Source of the DNA: an uncultured Gammaproteobacteria bacterium
GTDB lineage: Bacteria; Patescibacteriota; Microgenomatia; UBA12405
Length of the DNA: 64,000 bases
Reading direction: 5' to 3'
Assembly: GCA_964463925.1 (NCBI GenBank)
Contig: CAYXDV010000004.1
Location: forward strand, 13,080 to 77,079
The notes below the pieces were generated by a model. That model saw only the letters and a program-made list of their open reading frames with translations. It did no database searches and was not told the origin of the DNA. Shown here piece after piece: positions 9,418 to 18,553 of this stretch (the stretch's first letter is position 1; every line of letters starts with the position of its first letter). A program made the position numbers and the translations under genes.

Positions 9418-10029
9418 ATGAAAAAGTACATGCCCATTCTATTGGCCTTTACTATTACCGGTTGTAGCCTAACCGGACCACTTTCAACTCAAAATCAACC
9501 AACTTCTATGCCAACAAATTCACAAACAAACCCCACAACAATTATTAGCAATGCGCCAACTTCTCCAAGCTCCTTGGATTCCAATTCTGAATCAAATCAA
9601 ACTATTGTCAGTCTAAGCACCAAAGATGGAGATATTTTGCTAAAACTATACTCAGACGAATCTCCCAGCACAGTAAAGAATTTCCTGTCTAAGGCCAACT
9701 CTGGTTTTTACAAGAATTTAACCTTTCACCGAGTCGAGCCAGGTTTTGTGGTTCAGGGCGGTGATCCACTCGGAAATGGAACCGGTGGCGGAAACCAAAA
9801 GTCTGAAATCAACAACATACCTTTTAAAAGAGGTAGTTTGGGTTTAGCCAGAGCCAACAATATTGAAATTAGTAATGACAGCCAATTTTTCGTTTGTCTT
9901 GCAACTGAAACTTGCAAACATCTAACTAACCAATATGTCAATTTTGGGGAAGTGATTTCTGGAATGGATGTTGTAGACAAAATTCGCCAAGGTGACAAAA
10001 TCTTGGATTTGTCAGTCAATACCAAATAG
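9418..10029 (+). CDS. Cyclophilin-type peptidyl-prolyl cis-trans isomerase, lipoprotein
   Basis: Signal peptide with lipobox ITGC; S/T/N/P-rich linker of about 45 aa; cyclophilin core FHRVEPGFVVQGGDPLGNGTGG. Confidence 0.85.
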   Translation: MKKYMPILLAFTITGCSLTGPLSTQNQPTSMPTNSQTNPTTIISNAPTSPSSLDSNSESNQTIVSLSTKDGDILLKLYSDESPSTVKNFLSKANSGFYKNLTFHRVEPGFVVQGGDPLGNGTGGGNQKSEINNIPFKRGSLGLARANNIEISNDSQFFVCLATETCKHLTNQYVNFGEVISGMDVVDKIRQGDKILDLSVNTK

Positions 10030-10031
10030 CT

Positions 10032-10358
10032 ATGGCCTCTTTGGCTCGAATTCTTGTATTACTTTGCTTAATTTTTTTAGGCGTTCGCTATTTGACTCCG
10101 AAAAAGCAGCAGGATCTTAAAATAAAAATAGTACAATCCATTCCAAAAAACATAATCCAAGATAGCCCACCGCTGGTAATAAAATATTTAATATCACAAG
10201 TACCAGAAGAAAAACAATCTAAAATCGCTAGCCTATCTGCTGAAATTGCTAGTGCATCCACAAATTTTGACCCATGGAGTCAACAGAAAGTAAAGCAACT
10301 GAAATTAATGATATTAGACGAGATCTATAAATCTCTTTTGGAGAGAGTAAATAAATAA
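10032..10358 (+). CDS. Small membrane-anchored hypothetical protein
   Basis: N-terminal TM helix [12 protein letters not shown]; ORF only. Confidence 0.35.
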   Translation: MASLARILVLLCLIFLGVRYLTPKKQQDLKIKIVQSIPKNIIQDSPPLVIKYLISQVPEEKQSKIASLSAEIASASTNFDPWSQQKVKQLKLMILDEIYKSLLERVNK

Positions 10359-10359
10359 C

Positions 10360-11430
10360 ATGATCCAGGAGCTTCAGTCAAAACTGAAATTACTAAAATC
10401 AAAGTTAGAATTCGACAAATTAACTTCCGAAGAGTCAAGACTAGAGCAGCTTACGCAATCATCAGATTTTTGGCAAGACACATCTAGGGCCCAGCAGGTC
10501 TCCCAGCAGCTCAGCCATACCAGGTCTACTATCCAAATGCTAAATAATTTATCTACAGAATTAAACTCTTTGTATGAATTAGAAGAAATGCTCTTAAAAA
10601 CCCCAGATTCTCAGTTAACTCAGGAGTTAGATATTAGCACTGCAAAAGTGAATGCCGAGCTAGACAAACTGGAAATACAGGCATATTTGTCCGGACCCTA
10701 TGACAATAAAGATACTGTTTTTTCAATCCATTCTGGCCAAGGAGGTACTGAAGCAATGGACTGGGCAAGTATGTTGCAACGCATGTACATGCACTTTTTT
10801 GATCAAAAAAAATGGAAGTATGAAATCCTCGATATTAACGCAGGCGAAGAAGCTGGAATAAAGTCTATTACTCTAAAAGTAAATCATCCCTTTTCTTATG
10901 GCTATTTAAAGCATGAAGCGGGTGTGCACCGATTAGTGCGGCTTTCACCTTTTAATGCAAATAATTTACGTCAGACCAGCTTCGCTAAGGTCGAAGTTTT
11001 ACCTGTTCTCGATGAAATTACTGCTGTTTCAATCAATGAAGCCGATTTAGAGTTTTCAGCTTTTCGTTCTGGTGGACATGGCGGGCAAAATGTAAATAAA
11101 GTTTCCACAGCTGTTCGCTTGCTCCACAAGCCAACAGGTATTAGTGTCAGCTGTCAAACCCAACGTTCCCAAGAGCAAAATCGAGCTACGGCACTGCAGA
11201 TATTGTCTGCCAAACTTTGGCAGATTGAAGAGGAGAAAAGACATACAGAAACGAGTGGAATTAAAGGTGAGAATGTTCATGCTAGTTGGGGTCGACAGAT
11301 TAGATCCTATGTATTGCATCCATATAAATTGATAAAAGATCTTAGAACTGACTGTGAAACCAGCAATACAGATGACGTTTTAAACGGTAACTTAGATGAC
11401 TTTATCAATTCAGAGCTTAGAACCTTATGA
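10360..11430 (+). CDS. prfB: Peptide chain release factor 2
   Basis: GGQ motif ([11 protein letters not shown]) and the RF2-specific SPF motif (RLSPFNAN); the ORF is uninterrupted, with no +1 frameshift site. Confidence 0.9.
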   Translation: MIQELQSKLKLLKSKLEFDKLTSEESRLEQLTQSSDFWQDTSRAQQVSQQLSHTRSTIQMLNNLSTELNSLYELEEMLLKTPDSQLTQELDISTAKVNAELDKLEIQAYLSGPYDNKDTVFSIHSGQGGTEAMDWASMLQRMYMHFFDQKKWKYEILDINAGEEAGIKSITLKVNHPFSYGYLKHEAGVHRLVRLSPFNANNLRQTSFAKVEVLPVLDEITAVSINEADLEFSAFRSGGHGGQNVNKVSTAVRLLHKPTGISVSCQTQRSQEQNRATALQILSAKLWQIEEEKRHTETSGIKGENVHASWGRQIRSYVLHPYKLIKDLRTDCETSNTDDVLNGNLDDFINSELRTL

Positions 11431-12443
11431 TTAAAAAAATAGTTTTATTATCCTTATTATTAGTTTTCTTGTTAGGATACTTTTTTTATAAAAAGGCAGT
11501 ATTCTATACAGAATTATTTGGATATTCTCTTTCTGGGGCTGTTAATTTGCTAATTAAATCCAATTTGCTAGCAACAGGCATGGATCTTAAGTATTACCAC
11601 AAGCCCACAATACTAATCCTAGGTGTTGATGAACGTAATGACAAATTAGAGCACACTGAAGTAACCGACACCATAATGTTAGCCCAATTGAATCTACTAA
11701 AAAATACCATATCTGTAGTTTCCTTACCAAGAGACACCTGGGATGAAAAATTTAAGTTTAAACTAAATAGTTTTTATCCATATGCAATTAAAAACTACCC
11801 AAATGATTGGCAAATCTTTCTAAAAACCGAATTTGCCAGAGTAACTGGACAATCAATTGACAATATAATACTAATCAATACCCAAAGCTTTGATGAACTA
11901 GCCAGAATAATTGGCCCGGTATCCGTTGACTTGCCCTATTCTTTTACAGATACCCGCTATCCAAATCCAGCCCATATCCAAAATCCGAATTCAAATGCAC
12001 CAATATATAAAACAGTTTCTTTTTCAAAGGGTGCTAACCAAATTGATTCACAAAATGTATTAGAATTTGTTAGATCTCGCAAAAGCTCTGATAATCCAAA
12101 CGAAGGCGGTACCGATCTTGGCAGGATTGCAAGACAGCAACTACTACTTGATGCCTATCTTACCAAACTAAAATCAAAACCAAATGTAAAACTCTTTGCA
12201 TCTTTGTATCAGATATTCCACAGCCAAATAAAAACTGACATTACAGACGAAAGTGCTCTAATATATGCTCAGAGTTTTGAGAACCCAAAATTACTTCAGC
12301 TGAACAAAATTACCCTGCCCGTAAATACCAAAAATGCTGTTATCTCCGATCCTGGCTATCTGGTGGAAAATCAATCAGTTTTGCTCCCAACAAACAATAA
12401 TTTTCAGGCCCTAATTGATTTTCTTAAAACAACTCTCCCTTAG
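11427..12443 (+). CDS. LytR-CpsA-Psr (LCP) family cell-envelope polymer ligase
   Basis: N-terminal TM anchor, then [11 protein letters not shown]...[10 protein letters not shown]...[11 protein letters not shown], the hallmark of the LCP domain. Confidence 0.85.
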   Translation: MIKKIVLLSLLLVFLLGYFFYKKAVFYTELFGYSLSGAVNLLIKSNLLATGMDLKYYHKPTILILGVDERNDKLEHTEVTDTIMLAQLNLLKNTISVVSLPRDTWDEKFKFKLNSFYPYAIKNYPNDWQIFLKTEFARVTGQSIDNIILINTQSFDELARIIGPVSVDLPYSFTDTRYPNPAHIQNPNSNAPIYKTVSFSKGANQIDSQNVLEFVRSRKSSDNPNEGGTDLGRIARQQLLLDAYLTKLKSKPNVKLFASLYQIFHSQIKTDITDESALIYAQSFENPKLLQLNKITLPVNTKNAVISDPGYLVENQSVLLPTNNNFQALIDFLKTTLP

Positions 12444-12460
12444 CTTGCTATACTGTTTAT

Positions 12461-12937
12461 ATGACTAACTTGAATATACCCAATTTTAGCTCTACTTCGA
12501 CTTCTATTAAACCTCAATTTAATATAATTTTACTTTTTGCAGTCCTTCTCCTGGGGCTTGCCTCTGGGCTTTTGCTCGGCAAACTGCAACTAATGCCAAA
12601 ATCAAACATTTCTAATCCAAACTCTCCAACACCAATTGTTTCGAATGTCGAAGAAGTTACAAAAGATAGTCAAATCGAGGTAGGAAAAACATATGGCACA
12701 TCTAAAAGTACATCTAAAGACAAAGCACAGGGTGTTATCAAAACCGGCAATATAAATGGAGTAGGCACCCATATTTTAGAGAGGCAAGGTGGTCAGAGCC
12801 AATGGGCATCCCTAACTTCTTCTGCCCTTGATCTAGATCTATTCGTTGGACGCCAAGTAGAAGTTACTGGTCAAACCAATTCGGCAGCAAAAACAGGTTG
12901 GCTTTTGGATGTCGATCAGATCAAAGTTTTGCAATGA
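12461..12937 (+). CDS. Membrane-anchored hypothetical protein with an S/T/P-rich linker
   Basis: TM helix IILLFAVLLLGLASGLLLG; linker NISNPNSPTPIVSN; ORF only. Confidence 0.4.
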   Translation: MTNLNIPNFSSTSTSIKPQFNIILLFAVLLLGLASGLLLGKLQLMPKSNISNPNSPTPIVSNVEEVTKDSQIEVGKTYGTSKSTSKDKAQGVIKTGNINGVGTHILERQGGQSQWASLTSSALDLDLFVGRQVEVTGQTNSAAKTGWLLDVDQIKVLQ

Positions 12938-13635
12938 GGATAGTTTTTCAGGAGGTTACTAAAACATATGCATCTCATCCAGTTCTTTCTGGTATTAATT
13001 TTACGATAGAAAGCGGAGAATTTGTAGTTTTAGTAGGCCCATCAGGCGTTGGTAAAACCACAATTTTAAAGCTAATCTTGCACCAAATTAAGCCAAATTA
13101 TGGAAAGATACTTGTTGATGATACAAACCTAAGCCAAGCATCATCCAATTTCCTTGATAAATTTCGTAGAAATATTGGAGTTGTCTTTCAAGATTATCAG
13201 CTAATCGGAACAAAAACCCTATCTGAGAACATAATTCTAGCTCTTGATATTAACAATATTTCACCAGATCAGTATCAATCCAGATTGCAGGCAGTACTTT
13301 CCAGAACGGGATTGCTAAACAAAGCAAACAATTTTCCTTCACAACTGTCTGGTGGCGAACTCCAGCGCGCCAGCCTTGCCAGAGCTTTGGCTATCGGTCC
13401 AAAACTTTTGCTTGCCGATGAGCCAACTGGAAACTTAGATCCGGAAAATGCCCAAAATCTTGTCGAAATTCTTAAAGAGATCAACCAAAGCGGCACCACC
13501 ATTATTATGACTACCCACAATATGGATATCGTATCCATGCTAAAAACTAGGGTGATGGTTTTGCAAAACGGAAGTCTAGAAGATAAAACACTACCAGTTA
13601 TTAGTTCTAAAAAAATTAGTTCGAAAAAGAAATAA
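12934..13635 (+). CDS. ftsE: Cell-division ABC transporter ATP-binding protein FtsE
   Basis: MRIVFQEVTKTY..., Walker A GPSGVGKTT, signature LSGGELQRASLARAL, Walker B LLLADEPTGNLD; start chosen at the ATG overlapping the upstream stop (ATGA). Confidence 0.85.
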   Translation: MRIVFQEVTKTYASHPVLSGINFTIESGEFVVLVGPSGVGKTTILKLILHQIKPNYGKILVDDTNLSQASSNFLDKFRRNIGVVFQDYQLIGTKTLSENIILALDINNISPDQYQSRLQAVLSRTGLLNKANNFPSQLSGGELQRASLARALAIGPKLLLADEPTGNLDPENAQNLVEILKEINQSGTTIIMTTHNMDIVSMLKTRVMVLQNGSLEDKTLPVISSKKISSKKK

Positions 13636-13638
13636 TAT

Positions 13639-14511
13639 ATGTCGACATTTTCTACTACATGGCATCATTTGCGCCGCTACCCATACCATACTTTGGCAAC
13701 AACATTAGTGATGACAATAAACATTTTTACACTAAGTTGTTTTCTAATCGCTAGTCTTGGATTTAATCGCGTCATCAATTTTTTTGAGACAAAGCCAGAA
13801 ATTACCATATTTTTAAAAGATGGGCTAGATAAATCTACTCTTGACTCAGCACAGCGAGAAATTGCTGCTGTTCCTGGGGTAAAGGAAATACGTTATATCT
13901 CCAAAGAAAAGGCTCTTGAAAATTATCGAGAACAAAATAAAAACAAACCGATTTTGTTAGAAATGGTGACAGCCAACATTCTTCCTTCTTCTTTTGAAGT
14001 CACCGCCCAGGACCAAAATATCTTATCTCAAGTTGTCCAAAATTTTAGTGTAAAAAAAGATCTAGTCGATGAGATTATCTATCCAGAAGATGTAATCAGA
14101 CCTTTGCTTCAAATAACCAATACATCAAGACTAGCAGGGATTGCTTTAATTATTTATCTTACAATAACTACTGTTCTTTTGGTTGTTGGAACTATAGGGC
14201 AAAAAATAACCACTAATAAAGAAGAAATTAAGGTGAGCAGGCTGCTTGGTGCTTCCTCTTGGTATGTTACAAGTCCCTTTATTTTTGAAGGTTTGGTTTA
14301 CGGCTTGTTCACAGGAGTTTTAGGTTGGTCTTTGGCTCTCGCTATTTTCTTATATTTTAAAAATCAGCTAAATGTTTTCTTTTACCCGGTCACCTTTGTC
14401 GACACTCAAGTTTCTTCACTTGGTGTTCCTCTGGCCGCTACTTTGCTTTTTTCTGTTTTTTGGGGAGTAGTTTCAGCTAGCTTTGCAGCCAGAAGACAGA
14501 TAAAATTTTAA
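13639..14511 (+). CDS. ftsX: Cell-division permease-like protein FtsX
   Basis: 290 aa; TM1, then a large extracytoplasmic loop, then 3 C-terminal TM helices; immediately downstream of ftsE. Confidence 0.75.
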   Translation: MSTFSTTWHHLRRYPYHTLATTLVMTINIFTLSCFLIASLGFNRVINFFETKPEITIFLKDGLDKSTLDSAQREIAAVPGVKEIRYISKEKALENYREQNKNKPILLEMVTANILPSSFEVTAQDQNILSQVVQNFSVKKDLVDEIIYPEDVIRPLLQITNTSRLAGIALIIYLTITTVLLVVGTIGQKITTNKEEIKVSRLLGASSWYVTSPFIFEGLVYGLFTGVLGWSLALAIFLYFKNQLNVFFYPVTFVDTQVSSLGVPLAATLLFSVFWGVVSASFAARRQIKF

Positions 14512-14515
14512 AATC

Positions 14516-15700
14516 ATGTTTTTAATCTTCGTAATCTTCTTTCTTCTAATCAATCCAAATTTCACTCGTGCTCAAAGTTCCGCAGACGAACTTCAAGCAA
14601 AAATAGTTGAGTATACCGCCAAAATTACACAGTTACAAAAAGCCCAAGATACCTTAGAAAATCAGCTAGCTTATTTAAACTCTCAAACACAATTAACTCA
14701 GTTAAAAATAACCCAAACAGAAGTAACAATCGATATTCTGAAAAAGGATATTAGTAAATTATCAAACGATATAGACAATCTTGATTCATCTCTAAACCAA
14801 CTTTCCTCAGCTTATTTAACTCAGATTAGTCAGTTGTACAAGCTAGGTAAAACCAACAACTTGCTTACTATGGTTTTAAAAAGAAATTTCAATGACTTTT
14901 ATCGTGATTACAGATATCTAAGTGATATCCAGACTAATCATAAAAGTTTATTAGTTAATATGGAAACTACTCGCACAAACTTCGACAATCAAAAGCAAGA
15001 AAAGCAAGAAAAGCAGACACAGTTACAAAAACTCCAAACTGAGTTAGACAGAGAAAAACAAAGCCTGGCTAGTCAAACAAAAGCCAAAAATAATTTACTT
15101 GCTGATACAAAAAATAGCGAACAAACATATCAGCAAAAATTATCAGAGGCCAAAGCACAACTTGCTTCTTTTCGCCGATTTATTACCAGCCAAGGAGGTG
15201 CTTCTATCCTTAAAAACCAAACCAAATGTGATGACTGGGGTTGTTATTATAATCAGCGGGATTCACAGTGGGGCAATATGGGGATTGGGCTAAGCCCAGA
15301 TTCTATGGCTGAATACGGTTGTCTTATTACGTCCTCGGCCATGATAGCTACTCATTATGGGAAAAATATAAAACCTTCAGATATAGCTGGAAATTCGAGC
15401 AACTTTTTTGGTAGGACAGCCTATATGCAGCAAGGGAGCATTACTGCCAATGGTGCAAGTATTACCAGAACTCGAGTTGCCGCAACCTTGGCAAATATTA
15501 CCTCCGAAGTTAGTGCTGGCCGGCCTGTAATCGTTGGTGTAAGAATATCCGGCGGTGAGCATTTTGTGGTCATAAAAAAGAAAGAAGGGGATCAATTTAT
15601 TATGAACGACCCATTTGTGGAATCAGGCAAAGATATCGTCTTTACTACTAAATATTCCTTATCCTCAATCTACAAAGTTGATTATATTAAAGTAAATTAG
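14516..15700 (+). CDS. Secreted coiled-coil protein with a C-terminal C39-like cysteine peptidase domain (PcsB/EnvC-like candidate FtsEX-regulated hydrolase)
   Basis: Signal peptide; about 200 aa of coiled coil (QKQEKQEKQTQLQKLQTELDREKQ); C-terminus YNQRDSQWGN...YGCLITSSAMIATHYG...GRPVIVGV...GGEHFVVIKK...FIMNDPF, matching the Peptidase_C39_2-like Cys/His pattern. Confidence 0.65.
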   Translation: MFLIFVIFFLLINPNFTRAQSSADELQAKIVEYTAKITQLQKAQDTLENQLAYLNSQTQLTQLKITQTEVTIDILKKDISKLSNDIDNLDSSLNQLSSAYLTQISQLYKLGKTNNLLTMVLKRNFNDFYRDYRYLSDIQTNHKSLLVNMETTRTNFDNQKQEKQEKQTQLQKLQTELDREKQSLASQTKAKNNLLADTKNSEQTYQQKLSEAKAQLASFRRFITSQGGASILKNQTKCDDWGCYYNQRDSQWGNMGIGLSPDSMAEYGCLITSSAMIATHYGKNIKPSDIAGNSSNFFGRTAYMQQGSITANGASITRTRVAATLANITSEVSAGRPVIVGVRISGGEHFVVIKKKEGDQFIMNDPFVESGKDIVFTTKYSLSSIYKVDYIKVN

Positions 15701-15724
15701 GCCGGGGCCTTCCAACTGATACAA

Positions 15725-15758
15725 CAAAAAACCGCCAGAGCTTCCTCTGGCGGCATCA
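15725..15758. terminator. Bidirectional intrinsic terminator between convergent genes
   Basis: aaaaaa-CCGCCAGA-gcttcc-TCTGGCGG hairpin (8-bp GC-rich stem); the A-run reads as a U-run on the minus strand. Confidence 0.6.
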
Positions 15759-15768
15759 TGTGTCTGTT

Positions 15769-16374
15769 TTAATATCCTCGGGCTAGTCTCCTTGCGGAGT
15801 AGCCAACAACGATCAAGCCAACAGATAACATAGTTTTTACAACAATATCAGCAGCTCCAGTATCTGGCACTGGTACTGCACCTACATATACAGCTGAAGT
15901 ATCAGAATCGCTAGCACCATTACTACAAACAGCTAAGCTAGCAGCAACTTTTTTGCTACTTACACAGTTCTCGCCAACTTTGGCTCTAACTGTATAAACT
16001 TTTTTCTCGCCAGCTTTTAGCTCATCAATTGTCCAACTCAGTTTATTATTGGTCATTTTATCTTGATTTGGGCCAAAAACTAGTGAAAAACACTGTGGCA
16101 AACTAAAATCTACTTTAACATTTGTCTGACTTACACTGTTTGGATTTTCAATAGATACCTGATATTCCACCAGATCACTCTTTTTGAAAATATACTGATT
16201 AATAGACAAATTATCAGAAAACTTATCAAGAGACATTGACCTTACTTGAACATCGTCAACTACACAGGAATTGTTACTACCCGTGCTGGTATATTGTGCC
16301 AAAACTACAGGTCTACTTAATAGTAGAACAGTCAAGGCAAGAGACAAGGTTATTAGTATATTTCTTTGTTTCAT
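15769..16374 (-). CDS. Secreted surface protein with a sortase-type C-terminal sorting signal (VPDTG + TM + RRLARGY)
   Basis: N-terminal signal peptide; C-terminus PVPDTGAADIVVKTMLSVGLIVVGYSARRLARGY has an LPXTG-like motif, a hydrophobic helix and a basic tail. Confidence 0.5.
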   Translation of the reverse strand: MKQRNILITLSLALTVLLLSRPVVLAQYTSTGSNNSCVVDDVQVRSMSLDKFSDNLSINQYIFKKSDLVEYQVSIENPNSVSQTNVKVDFSLPQCFSLVFGPNQDKMTNNKLSWTIDELKAGEKKVYTVRAKVGENCVSSKKVAASLAVCSNGASDSDTSAVYVGAVPVPDTGAADIVVKTMLSVGLIVVGYSARRLARGY

Positions 16375-16403
16375 ATTATTAATTATAAGTCATTTTGTTT
16401 AAT

Positions 16404-16423
16404 TTGTCAATCGCTGGTATACT
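16404..16423 (+). promoter_or_regulatory. Putative extended -10 promoter (TGgTATACT) giving a near-leaderless transcript for the downstream GT2 gene
   Basis: TGGTATACT at 16415-16423 lies only 6 nt before the ATG at 16430; TTGTCA lies upstream but with too short a spacer. Confidence 0.3.
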
Positions 16424-16429
16424 GTCTAC

Positions 16430-17158
16430 ATGAACTCAAATAGCAAATATCTTTTATCCGAGCTTTCAGTTTTTTTCCCTTGTTACAATGAATCCGAAAA
16501 TATCGAGAAAACAGTAACTTCAGCCATCACTGTTTTGAAAAAGATCGCAAAACAATGGGAAGTAATCATTGTTAATGATGGTTCAAAGGATGATACTCTG
16601 GGAAAAGCCAAGTCTTTACAGGTAAAGTATCCCAAAAATATTATCATTATTGATCATCCAAAAAATCTTGGTTATGGTGGTGCTTTTAAATCAGGCTTAT
16701 TTAAGGCCAAATATCAGTGGATAACTTTTACGGACTCTGATGGACAATTTGATTTTTCGGAATTAAAAAAACTTATCACTACTCAGCAAAAAGATCAGGC
16801 CGATGTAGTTGTCGGTTATCGCCTAAAACGACAAGACCCGAAAATTCGCAGTCTAATTGCCGGTATGCTTAAGGCTTGGAATTTTGTTTGGTTTGGCTTT
16901 CACGGAATAAAAGATGTTGATTGTGCTTTCAAGCTTTTTAAAAAAGAAGCAATTGATTCGGTTGCACCATTAAAAACCCAAAGTGCCATTACCACAACAG
17001 AATTACTAATTAAATTACAAAAGCACGGCTACAAAATCAGCCAAGTTGGCGTACATCATTACCCTAGAAAATTCGGTAGTCAAACAGGTTCTAACTTTAA
17101 AGTTATCAAACGTGCCGCAGTAGACAGTTTCAATTTATGGCGTGCTCTAAGCGCATAG
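16430..17158 (+). CDS. GT2 polyprenol-phosphate glycosyltransferase (DPM1/GtrB/ArnC-like)
   Basis: FFPCYNESENIEK...VIIVNDGSKDDT...DSDGQFD; 242 aa, DPM1-like. Confidence 0.85.
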   Translation: MNSNSKYLLSELSVFFPCYNESENIEKTVTSAITVLKKIAKQWEVIIVNDGSKDDTLGKAKSLQVKYPKNIIIIDHPKNLGYGGAFKSGLFKAKYQWITFTDSDGQFDFSELKKLITTQQKDQADVVVGYRLKRQDPKIRSLIAGMLKAWNFVWFGFHGIKDVDCAFKLFKKEAIDSVAPLKTQSAITTTELLIKLQKHGYKISQVGVHHYPRKFGSQTGSNFKVIKRAAVDSFNLWRALSA

Positions 17159-18552
17159 TTCTAACTAAAGTGCTTCTTGTTTTAGTCTTAATCTTTTCCG
17201 CTTTTTTGCGCCTATATAAAATAGATGGCTATATGGAATTTTTAGGAGACCAGGGCAGAGATGTCGTTCATGTTTGGGAATTTATAACCAAGGGTAATCT
17301 TATGTTTATTGGTCCCCAAACTTCAATCGGGAATATGTATCTTGGCCCCTGGTACTACTATTTGATCGCACCTTCTTTGTGGCTTTTCCATTTCAATCCC
17401 ATAGGTCCGGCAGTTTTTGTAGCAATTCTTGGAGTATTAACTACCTACTTGATTTACAAGGTCGGATCAAATTGGTTTGACAATAAAGCTGGCCTATTTG
17501 CTAGCCTAATTTTTGCTATTTCACCGGTAGTCATTAAATACACAAGTTTTTCATGGAATCCAAATATAATGCCTTTTTTTTCATTATTATTTATCTATTA
17601 TCTATCCAAAAAACGCTATCTCTTGGCAACTATCAGCTTTGTCTTTGTTCTAAATTCTCACTATCTCGGTTTATTGCTTTTAATTCCTGCCGCGTATATT
17701 TTTTATATAACTAATCCAAAACCAAACAAAAAAACCATTTTGACTAGTCTGTTTGTTTTACTACTTGGATTTCTGCCACTAATATTATTCGACCTAAAAC
17801 ATCATGGTCAAAACGTTGGAAATATATGGCATTTTTTTTCAAACAGACAAGAAACAGTTAATCTAAAAGCATATAAAGCATTACCAAACCTATGGCCACT
17901 ATTTACCCAAATTACTGGTCGAATCTTCTCATTGTGGGATCAATCTTTTTTAAATATCTTTTCATTACTCTTTTTGGGATTAACCATTCTTTTTATAGCA
18001 AAAAAACGCAGTCAAAATTTAATTTTAGTTTCAATCTGGATTTTTGGTGGCTTAGTTGGTTTTGGTCTTTATAAGCAACATATTTATGACCACTATTTTG
18101 GTTTTCTTTTCCCTGCCTTTTGTCTTTTAATGGGTTATATAGCTTCAAAAACCAAATTGCTTGGATCACTAATGGTTTTGCTAATTGTTTACTTTTCTTA
18201 TTATCATTCATCTCTACATTTTCAGCCAAACAATCAACTTCAGAGAACACAAAAAATTGCAGCAGAGATTTTATCAGATTCACGGGGGGATGATTTTAAT
18301 CTGGCCCTTCTTGCAAAACAAAATTATGATCCTCCATACCGCTATTTTCTGTGGCTAAATGAAGCACCAATGTATTCAATTACCGACAAAAAGACTTCGC
18401 AGCTATATGTAATTTGCGAGATGGAAATAGACCAATGCAAACCACTTGGTAATCCTGAATACAATATTGCTGCTTTTGGTGTTGCTAAACTCAAAAAGCA
18501 GTGGCAAGTAGACCAAATCACTATATATAAATTGGTAGCTGATAAAATTTAG
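17137..18552 (+). CDS. Polytopic membrane protein, putative GT-C fold glycosyltransferase; paralog of 58948-60267
   Basis: At least 10 predicted TM helices; shared N-terminal motif LRLYKI...FLGDQGRDV...IGPQTS...PWYYYL. Confidence 0.5.
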   Translation: MACSKRIVLTKVLLVLVLIFSAFLRLYKIDGYMEFLGDQGRDVVHVWEFITKGNLMFIGPQTSIGNMYLGPWYYYLIAPSLWLFHFNPIGPAVFVAILGVLTTYLIYKVGSNWFDNKAGLFASLIFAISPVVIKYTSFSWNPNIMPFFSLLFIYYLSKKRYLLATISFVFVLNSHYLGLLLLIPAAYIFYITNPKPNKKTILTSLFVLLLGFLPLILFDLKHHGQNVGNIWHFFSNRQETVNLKAYKALPNLWPLFTQITGRIFSLWDQSFLNIFSLLFLGLTILFIAKKRSQNLILVSIWIFGGLVGFGLYKQHIYDHYFGFLFPAFCLLMGYIASKTKLLGSLMVLLIVYFSYYHSSLHFQPNNQLQRTQKIAAEILSDSRGDDFNLALLAKQNYDPPYRYFLWLNEAPMYSITDKKTSQLYVICEMEIDQCKPLGNPEYNIAAFGVAKLKKQWQVDQITIYKLVADKI

Positions 18553-18553
18553 T

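Noticed and set aside
10360-11430. Looked for the programmed +1 frameshift site (CUU UGA C) normally found early in prfB
   Set aside because: The RF2 ORF is continuous from its ATG, so no frameshift site is present. Some lineages lack the autoregulatory frameshift, so this was not treated as an anomaly.
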